From a virus: 19,255 nt of DNA. Both the position numbers and the translations under genes were made by a program. The notes under the pieces are model-generated. The model was not told the origin of the DNA, made no database searches, and saw only the letters and a program-made list of their open reading frames with translations. Below, in pieces: positions 6,866-12,697 of this stretch; positions within the stretch are counted from its first letter, which is position 1, and each line of letters starts with the position of its first letter. The stretch spans positions 1 to 19,255 of the IMG/VR virus record IMGVR_UViG_3300037515_000038, one strand, 5' to 3'.

Positions 6866-8430
6866 TGGCAACCCTGAACACCCTCGCCCTCGGCACTTTC
6901 ACCAACGGTAATGACACGGCGATCACCGGGGCTGAGCCGGTCCTCCAAGAGATCGCCTCCGCCGACGACGCCAAGAACGTCCACGACACTGCCAATACAA
7001 CCCACACCGGGATAGCCAAGTTCACCCTTGAGAATGTGAACTCGGACCTGGGCAACATGGACACCCTGTTCATTCGGCTCCGCTACGCCAACTCGAACAC
7101 TCCAGTCAACAACACGTGGGATTCGCTAAGAGCACATGTCTTCAAGTCTGATGGGGTCACCGGGCTAGCAGGCGGGACTTCGCTTTCGGTGGACCGGGTG
7201 GTAGCCACCGATATCACCGCCACCATCCCGACCAACTCAGCAGTTGTCAACTTCATCGCAGTAGACACCGCGGCGACGAAGGACGACTGGGATGGGGCGA
7301 TCGTCGAAGTCAAGTTTTACATCACCAAGAGCATGGCCGGTGACGCCATCGAAGAACGGGTGTTCGCCGCTGAGATCACCGGCACCTACACGCCCGCATC
7401 CAACACTTTCACCGGCTCGGCCAACGTCACCCAAGACGACAACACGTCCGATGCTGCTGGGACGCACACTCCACCCACGTTCACCGGGTCAGCCTCCGAA
7501 ACCCAGGATGACAACACCGCTGACGCTTCGGGGACGTTCACCCCTCCGACGTTCACCGCCACAGCAGCACCCACACAGGAGGACAACACTTCGGCAGCCA
7601 CAGGGACGTTCGTTGTTGGCCCGGTGTCGGGGTCAGCCAACGCCACCCAAGACGACAACACGTCCGAGGCTGCTGGCACTCACACACCACCAACGTTCAC
7701 CGGCAGCGCAGCACCAACCCAAGACGACCAGACCTCGACCGCCACAGGCACCTTCACCGACCCTGTCTACACCGGGGAAGCCTCACCAACCCAAGACGAC
7801 AACACGTCTACAGCCACCGGCACGTTTGTCCCTGGCACTCTCACCGGGTCGGCTGATGCCACTCAGGATGACAACACGGCTACTGCGGTCGGGACTCACA
7901 CACCACCAACATTCACCGGTTCAGTGTCGGTCACCCAGGACGATCAGACTTCGAGCACGACAGCCACGTTCACCGACCCTGTCTACACCGGGTCGGGGGC
8001 TTCGAGCCAGGAGGACAACACATCCACAGCCACCGGCACGTTCACTGCTTCTGAACGGACGGGTTCTGGAGCGCCAACCCAAGACGACAACACTGCTGTT
8101 GGCGCTGGCACGTTTGTCCCGCCTGGCTTCACCGGTTCTTTGGCAGCCGTCCAGGATGACAACCTTGTCGTCGCAGCAGGCACGTTCAGCCTCCCCACCT
8201 TCACCGGGTCAGGCTCTCCCGTCCAAGAGGACAACACGTCGGTTGCTACTGGCACTCACACGACAGACACGATCGCCGGGTCAGCAGCTATCACCCAGGA
8301 CGATCAGGTGCTGGTTGGTGTGGGCACGTTCGCCTGGAACCTCCAGGTTGCCGAGTTCGACGTGCCCTACACGAGACAGTTCATAGGCCGGTTCCCCAAG
8401 TATCCGCTGGTCGACCCGGACAACCGATGA
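6865..8430 (+). CDS. Repeat protein (521 aa): a unique 181-aa N-terminal domain, 13 tandem 24-aa Thr/Ser/Asp-rich repeats, and a short C-terminal tail
   Basis: The ORF is coupled at both ends (ATGA overlaps at 6865 and 8427). The repeat consensus is FTGSa..TQDDNTS.A.GT(F/H)TPPT. Confidence 0.8.
   Translation: MATLNTLALGTFTNGNDTAITGAEPVLQEIASADDAKNVHDTANTTHTGIAKFTLENVNSDLGNMDTLFIRLRYANSNTPVNNTWDSLRAHVFKSDGVTGLAGGTSLSVDRVVATDITATIPTNSAVVNFIAVDTAATKDDWDGAIVEVKFYITKSMAGDAIEERVFAAEITGTYTPASNTFTGSANVTQDDNTSDAAGTHTPPTFTGSASETQDDNTADASGTFTPPTFTATAAPTQEDNTSAATGTFVVGPVSGSANATQDDNTSEAAGTHTPPTFTGSAAPTQDDQTSTATGTFTDPVYTGEASPTQDDNTSTATGTFVPGTLTGSADATQDDNTATAVGTHTPPTFTGSVSVTQDDQTSSTTATFTDPVYTGSGASSQEDNTSTATGTFTASERTGSGAPTQDDNTAVGAGTFVPPGFTGSLAAVQDDNLVVAAGTFSLPTFTGSGSPVQEDNTSVATGTHTTDTIAGSAAITQDDQVLVGVGTFAWNLQVAEFDVPYTRQFIGRFPKYPLVDPDNR
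7408..8343 (+). repeat. 13 x 72-bp in-frame tandem repeat
   Basis: Units start at 7408 + 72n. Unit 13 starts at 8272 (atcgccggg...). Units 1-9 show a 3-unit super-period: GTHTPPT / GTFT.P. / GTFV.... Confidence 0.95.
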
Positions 8431-9008
8431 ACGGTGCCCTGGCTTCATGGTGTCGTGAACCCACCCCGGTGGGGGAGGAGACCTGGACCCCGTGGGGGGA
8501 AGGCTGGTATGCGTGGTCGTCACCCTCACCCGAGGTCGAGTTCTGCGAGTTCGTCGGTGCTCTCGTCCGTCTCCTCCGTCCTCGTCTGGTTGTCGAGACA
8601 GGGGTGGGAGCCGGGTATGTGACCAGACGGATCATCGCTGGCCTCGGGTCGGGGTCTTGGATCGGGTTCGAGTCCGACGACGGATACCGTGCCGAAGGTC
8701 GTCGCCTCCCCTGGCCTGAGGACCTCACCCTCTCATCCGAGGTATCCCCAGCCTCGGCGGATATGGCTGCTGCCGACCTGGTGGTGTTGGATTCCGCACC
8801 CGAATACCGGCTCACCGAGTTCGACCTGTGGCGTGAGCATGGGAAGCCATCCTCGGTCCTGGTGTGCCATGACGTGTCGTCTCGGCATCAACCGTCACCA
8901 CGCAACTCGAAGGTCCACATCCCCTTCTACAACCACATCAGCACGTCAGGGTTGACCGGGGTGTTCCTGACCAACCCTCGTGGCGCATGGATGGGACAGC
9001 ACCCGTGA
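8427..9008 (+). CDS. Class I SAM-dependent methyltransferase-like protein (193 aa; Methyltransf_24 / O-methyltransferase-like)
   Basis: ATGA overlap at the start. There is a motif I-like segment LVVETGVGAGYVT, a later acidic strand DLVVLDS, and then SVLVCHD. This layout is typical of the family. Confidence 0.55.
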   Translation: MNGALASWCREPTPVGEETWTPWGEGWYAWSSPSPEVEFCEFVGALVRLLRPRLVVETGVGAGYVTRRIIAGLGSGSWIGFESDDGYRAEGRRLPWPEDLTLSSEVSPASADMAAADLVVLDSAPEYRLTEFDLWREHGKPSSVLVCHDVSSRHQPSPRNSKVHIPFYNHISTSGLTGVFLTNPRGAWMGQHP

Positions 9009-9715
9009 ACGTGGTCATACCTGTAGGGCCGAACCGGGCAGACACTCTCCGCTGGGTGTTGAGGACCATCCACCAGCATCTGGCTGTGGACCGGGTGGTG
9101 ATCGTCGGGGACATCCCCGGCTGGGTGCGAGGAGTAGAAACCCTCAGCGTCTCCCAACACCGGGATCGGGCCACCAACCACCGTGCCAACATCGAGGCGG
9201 TCCTCGACCACGATCTCGAAGACTTCGTCTGGTGGGACGACGACCATTTCATCCTCGAAGACCGGGACACCATCCCCCTCTACAACGCCGGGTTCGTGTC
9301 CACCTACCTGGCAGCCAAGAAGTCTCAGATGAGGGCGCTGGCAGCACCAGGGGAGTATCAGCGGGCTTTCCAAATGTGCTTCGGCCTGTGCTCAGAGTGG
9401 GGTTATGACGATGTCCTGATGCCTCCACACGTCCCTATGCCCGTAGAGAAGGCGTCCCTGGCCTCCCTGGTCTCCGACACCGACAGATCGGGCCTCGACC
9501 GTAAGGAGATGATGTGGGCGGTGTGGAAGGCCGCATACCTGACCCGTGTGGTCTCCCCTGAGAACTCGACCCACCTTGCCGACCCGAGGCACCGTCACCT
9601 TGACAATCCTGACAGCCCGACAGACGGGTTCTGGGCGACAACAGCCAACCTGTGGACGACCAACACCTGGATCAAAGACCGATACTGGCGTCCATCACCC
9701 TACGAGGCCACCTGA
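9005..9715 (+). CDS. Glycosyltransferase-like protein (236 aa; GT-A fold / Stealth-CR2-like with a DDD motif)
   Basis: GTG 9005 overlaps the upstream stop (GTGA). The segment NVVIPVGPNRADTLRWVLRTIHQHL..DRVVIVGD, followed by DFVWWDDDHFIL, resembles the first strand, helix, second strand and DXD motif of GT-A enzymes. The ORF track start at 8987 is an alternative. Confidence 0.45.
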   Translation: MNVVIPVGPNRADTLRWVLRTIHQHLAVDRVVIVGDIPGWVRGVETLSVSQHRDRATNHRANIEAVLDHDLEDFVWWDDDHFILEDRDTIPLYNAGFVSTYLAAKKSQMRALAAPGEYQRAFQMCFGLCSEWGYDDVLMPPHVPMPVEKASLASLVSDTDRSGLDRKEMMWAVWKAAYLTRVVSPENSTHLADPRHRHLDNPDSPTDGFWATTANLWTTNTWIKDRYWRPSPYEAT

Positions 9716-9975
9716 TGGAAAACTTCCTCTACACTGCTGCTGCGATCGTCGCGTTGGCCGCAGCCCTGAAAGCAACGTTCTACCTGATCGCCAAACTCCG
9801 TCAGACCGGCAAGCTGATGGAGGCGTTGTTCGAGTTGACAAGGGAGGACGACTGGCCCAACGGTGCCGAATCCCTCCAAGCCTCCCATCAGGAACTCTAC
9901 GACAAGGTGTCCAGCATCGAGACTTCCATCAAGGAACTACAGACGGCTGTGGAGCAGGTGCTGACCGGTCGGTAG
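9715..9975 (+). CDS. Small membrane protein (86 aa): one N-terminal TM helix plus a coiled-coil tail. This is a holin-like candidate and the last gene of the long operon.
   Basis: ATG 9715 overlaps the upstream stop (ATGA). FLYTAAAIVALAAALKATFYLIA is a hydrophobic helix. The C-terminus is charged and helical. Confidence 0.6.
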   Translation: MENFLYTAAAIVALAAALKATFYLIAKLRQTGKLMEALFELTREDDWPNGAESLQASHQELYDKVSSIETSIKELQTAVEQVLTGR

Positions 9976-9984
9976 ACATTCATG

Positions 9985-10398
9985 CGAACGTTCAAGCTTC
10001 CTCCCATCCTTCACCCAGCGAACCGCGAGCGTAGCGAGCACGGGAAGAGGGGAGAAACCGGTAGCTGCCCTTGGCAGCGGTAGGTGTCGACCTCTTAACA
10101 TGAAGGTCAGGTGCATATCCTTAGGGGGTTCTCGCTGCGAAATGCCTGGTGACAGACTTTGTACGAATAACGGTCTTATGTGGGCTACCGCCTGCCCTGG
10201 TTAGTGGCTTCTCCTATTGTCCTGAGCCTGCCCGATGCCAGGGGCTTCGTTCGCCCGAACGTTTATGGCGGCGCGCTAAGACGTTGGGAGAGAGGGGAAA
10301 GAGTGCTATTCTTTCGATCGACGATCACCATCATCAGAGAGTAACACCCCTTCGGGGGTGTTCTCTCGTCTCAACCCTTTTTCTTTCAGACGAACGTT
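9985..10398. promoter_or_regulatory. Three dispersed exact copies of CGAACGTT in the large non-coding region (9985..9992, 10256..10263, 10391..10398)
   Basis: Read directly from the sequence. The first copy lies inside the palindrome GAACGTTC. Confidence 0.55.
10343..10387 (+). terminator. Candidate intrinsic terminator or stable RNA hairpin with a C(UUCG)G tetraloop
   Basis: A perfect 8-bp stem joins AACACCCC (10343..10350) and GGGGTGTT (10355..10362) around the loop TTCG. A T-rich run (tttttcttt) begins about 15 nt downstream. Confidence 0.4.
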
Positions 10399-10595
10399 TG
10401 AGGACCCTTGGGTGGTATGCTCGGCCCATATTCGCCCGAGGTCATTCTTGGCCATCCTTCTAAATATGGGCGGATCGGCACTCCTCTTCCTGTCACCGCA
10501 TTTGGGGGAGTGCTACCCAAGTGGGTGCCACTATGGTGCCACTCTTTGAGCGTTATTCAAGAAGTAGCTGAGAGCGGCTTGCCCCTCAAATCATG

Positions 10596-10604
10596 TGATA
10601 AGAT
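10596..10604 (+). promoter_or_regulatory. Candidate extended -10 promoter (TGATAAGAT), giving a leaderless or near-leaderless mRNA for the HTH gene
   Basis: TGnTAAGAT ends 8 nt before ATG 10613. There is no Shine-Dalgarno sequence before that ATG. The tandem GGTGCCACT repeat lies upstream. Confidence 0.35.
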
Positions 10605-10612
10605 CCCCATCC

Positions 10613-10816
10613 ATGACAGAGCTACTCGACCCGAGACAAGTGGCAGACCTCCTGGGGGTCACCGTGCAGCGTCTCGCTAACTGGCGCTACCGAGGGCGAG
10701 GACCGAACTACATCAAGCTCGGCTACCGGTCCATCCGCTACCAGCGAGCCGATGTGGAGCAGTGGCTGGCCGAGCACACCATCCGCGCAGAGGACCACCC
10801 GAAGGTGCTATCGTGA
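10613..10816 (+). CDS. Helix-turn-helix DNA-binding protein (67 aa; excisionase/AlpA-like HTH_17). Candidate early regulator.
   Basis: The sequence LLDPRQVADLLGVTVQRLANWRYRGRGPNYIKLGYRSIRYQRADVEQWL is a classic HTH_17 pattern. The ORF is also open from GTG 10595. Confidence 0.75.
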   Translation: MTELLDPRQVADLLGVTVQRLANWRYRGRGPNYIKLGYRSIRYQRADVEQWLAEHTIRAEDHPKVLS

Positions 10817-10886
10817 GATCACCACAACCTGACATAACGTGGATTAGGCACCAACATCAGGCACTTAACCCACGGGATTGGCTTCT

Positions 10887-11177
10887 ATGCGCTCTGAGCT
10901 TCACAGCGTTCTCGCGGACATCGTCTCCGCTCGAATCCACCTGGACGCCGTCAAAGACCGGGCCATCATCGAAATGCGTCAAGGCCACCGTCCCACCTAC
11001 CGTGGCCACGAGTGGGGGAGAGACCAGTTCGACGCGCTCGAACAGGTCGGCTATGCGGTCGAAGCAGCATTCTCCCTGCTCAAAGCCCTCCAGTTCCCTG
11101 AGACTCAAAGCTCACGGCTCGAAGACGCCCGCATCATGCTTGACTCCCTCGACACGCCAGCCCAGCTTTCCTCATAG
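10887..11177 (+). CDS. Hypothetical helical protein (96 aa)
   Basis: GC3 is strong in this frame. The overlapping 175-aa ORF (10762..11289) has an off-frame-like Ser/Pro/Thr/Arg composition. The alternative TTG start is at 10878. Confidence 0.6.
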   Translation: MRSELHSVLADIVSARIHLDAVKDRAIIEMRQGHRPTYRGHEWGRDQFDALEQVGYAVEAAFSLLKALQFPETQSSRLEDARIMLDSLDTPAQLSS

Positions 11178-11210
11178 CCCAGGCAGGGTAAAACCCGCCA
11201 CCCTGTCATT

Positions 11211-11262
11211 CGAACATTGCAACGTTCGCTCGAACGTTCCATTCACTCCTTATTCGAACGTT
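11211..11262. promoter_or_regulatory. Cluster of four CGAACGTT-type sites: 11211 degenerate CGAACATT, 11221 reverse copy AACGTTCG, 11231 exact, 11255 exact
   Basis: Read directly from the 104-bp intergenic gap between 11177 and 11282. Confidence 0.6.
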
Positions 11263-11281
11263 TACCGGGGGGAGGCCCAAC

Positions 11282-11632
11282 ATGGCTAGGAGACACGGAT
11301 TCGCACGGATAGGACGCCGACGCCCTGAATGGGACATCTGGCAGGCGATGGTCCAACGCTGCACCAACCCCAACCACAAGGAGTACCCCCGGTATGGAGG
11401 CCGCGGCATCACCGTATGCGACCGCTGGACCGAACCTGACGGAGACGGTTTCCTCAACTTCCTCTACGACATGGGGTCCAGGCCCGCCAACCCTGAAGGC
11501 TGGAGTCACCGCCTCGCGTACTGGACGCTCGACCGGATCGACAACGACGGCCACTACGAGCCAGGCAACGTCCGCTGGGCTACCTGGTCCCAGCAGGCGT
11601 TCAACCGGCGTCCAAAGACGGTGACAGCATGA
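11282..11632 (+). CDS. HNH-like (His-Me finger variant) DNA-binding/endonuclease-family protein (116 aa)
   Basis: GGAGG lies 6 nt upstream. The segment YPRYGGRGITVCDRW...FLNFLYDMGSRP...LDRIDNDGHYEPGNVRWATWSQQAFNRR matches a family widely annotated as HNH endonuclease in actinophages. Confidence 0.65.
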   Translation: MARRHGFARIGRRRPEWDIWQAMVQRCTNPNHKEYPRYGGRGITVCDRWTEPDGDGFLNFLYDMGSRPANPEGWSHRLAYWTLDRIDNDGHYEPGNVRWATWSQQAFNRRPKTVTA

Positions 11633-11850
11633 CCTACCGCATCGACAACGATGGACCTCATCCTCTTATCGCAGCCGCTATCAGGATCGCCGCGGATGGG
11701 CCATTCTCGCCACCCAAAGCCTCCAAACGTGCCCTCATAGACCGTGCCCTGATAGACGACCTCAGACACCAACTCGACCGGGCGGGCTACGCCGACCACT
11801 GGCGGGACCTGGCCTACGACCTCCGAATCCAAGAAAGAACCACCCCGTGA
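11629..11850 (+). CDS. Hypothetical protein (73 aa)
   Basis: ATGA overlap with the upstream gene, and high GC3. Confidence 0.55.
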   Translation: MTYRIDNDGPHPLIAAAIRIAADGPFSPPKASKRALIDRALIDDLRHQLDRAGYADHWRDLAYDLRIQERTTP

Positions 11851-11933
11851 ACCCTGACCCCTATTCGAACCTCATCCCCTGGATCATGGTCAGCATCATC
11901 TGGCTCATCGTCATTGTGAGGCTCGCCACATGA
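11847..11933 (+). CDS. Possible 28-aa hydrophobic micro-protein (VNPDPYSNLIPWIMVSIIWLIVIVRLAT)
   Basis: GTG 11847 overlaps the upstream stop (GTGA). Its TGA at 11931..11933 overlaps the next ATG (ATGA). It fills an otherwise empty 79-bp gap. An internal ATG is at 11886. Confidence 0.25.
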   Translation: MNPDPYSNLIPWIMVSIIWLIVIVRLAT

Positions 11934-12118
11934 AAGTCGATGTCGTCTTCAAGGACGGTCGGGACTTCGGCTCAGAGGTCGACGGCTACGCCATAGGAGA
12001 TCCTCCAGGGTTCATCCAAGTCGTCTACTCCGACGTTGTGAAGTTCTACCCGGTAGACCTGATCGACCATGTGACCGTTCCCAACCTGCACGCCAAACTC
12101 ACAGAGGAGACACCATGA
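11930..12118 (+). CDS. Hypothetical protein (62 aa)
   Basis: ORF with GC3 bias and an ATGA overlap with the downstream gene. Confidence 0.55.
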   Translation: MKVDVVFKDGRDFGSEVDGYAIGDPPGFIQVVYSDVVKFYPVDLIDHVTVPNLHAKLTEETP

Positions 12119-12378
12119 TCAAGACACAACGAACCAGATTGACCGTCATAGCAGTAGTGTTCGGCGTGTTGGTGATGCTGCTGGCTGCCGCTCCCGATGT
12201 AGCGCCCAGCACACCTCAGACACCCTCCAATCCAGAAGCCTGTGATACGGCCCTCACCAACCATGAACTCACCGTCGACCGGATAGACATAGCCAAAGCT
12301 CAGGGGGACACCACTGAAGCCAGACGCCTGGAGGCCATCAGGAAAGCTGCATACGCTCACATCCAGGCCAACTGTTGA
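12115..12378 (+). CDS. Membrane-anchored or secreted small protein (87 aa)
   Basis: GAGGAG lies upstream. The N-terminus KTQRTRLTVIAVVFGVLVMLLAAAP is a signal-anchor-like helix. Confidence 0.6.
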   Translation: MIKTQRTRLTVIAVVFGVLVMLLAAAPDVAPSTPQTPSNPEACDTALTNHELTVDRIDIAKAQGDTTEARRLEAIRKAAYAHIQANC

Positions 12379-12632
12379 CCCGCCTCATATCCCCCCTATC
12401 CCCCCCCATGAGACGTGAATATGACAAGAGGCTCTACAGACGCAACCGCAAGCTCCTCCTCTCCACACGCCCCAGATGCGTCCTATGCCCCGCACCTGCC
12501 AAGACAGCAGACCACATCATCCCGGTCAGCAAAGGCGGGACATCGGCCCTATCCAACCTCAGACCAGTCTGTGTTCCCTGCAACTCATCACGAGGAAACA
12601 GGACCAGAACACGAGAGTCACACCCATACTGA
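12375..12632 (+). CDS. HNH endonuclease, terminase-associated position (85 aa from TTG 12375, or 74 aa from ATG 12408)
   Basis: The sequence CVLCPAPAKTADHIIPVSKGGTSALSNLRPVCVPCNSSRGNR is a canonical HNH/His-Me motif with Cys pairs. The gene lies directly upstream of the large terminase. Confidence 0.85.
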   Translation: MTRLISPLSPPMRREYDKRLYRRNRKLLLSTRPRCVLCPAPAKTADHIIPVSKGGTSALSNLRPVCVPCNSSRGNRTRTRESHPY

Positions 12633-12697
12633 ACCGGATGCCGTTTTTTTGATATGAGCCACCCCGACCACCCTGCCCCCCGTTTTCGTTTAGGTAT

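Noticed and set aside
7408-8343. Regular 72-bp periodicity that could suggest a CRISPR array
   Set aside because: The units are contiguous with no unique spacers. They are in frame within a coding ORF and diverge gradually. This is a protein-coding tandem repeat.
7292-8386. A 364-aa + strand ORF in an alternative frame across the 72-bp repeat array, plus minus-strand ORFs at 7386..7679 and 7983..8255
   Set aside because: These are repeat-propagated open frames. The Pro/Arg/Thr-rich product has poor GC3 compared with the 6865..8430 frame, which is also the frame coupled to its neighbours at both ends.
10149-10463. A 104-aa ORF, with overlapping ORFs at 10358..10549 and 10408..10680, in the large intergenic region
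   Set aside because: Third-position composition is far less G/C-biased than in every other gene. The products are Cys/Arg/Leu/Ser-rich. The ORF reads straight through a perfect hairpin and the CGAACGTT sites. I treat it as non-coding, but cannot exclude a horizontally acquired gene with foreign codon usage.
9976-10612. A tRNA gene or tRNA-derived attP core in the non-coding region
   Set aside because: I see no GGTTCGAATCC-type T-arm, no D-loop consensus and no cloverleaf by eye. No integrase is present either. A tRNAscan/Infernal run would settle it.
10762-11289. A 175-aa ORF overlapping the 96-aa gene and the CGAACGTT cluster
   Set aside because: It has an off-frame-like composition (Ser/Pro/Thr/Arg-rich) and low GC3. 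The 10887..11177 frame shows the genome's typical codon bias.
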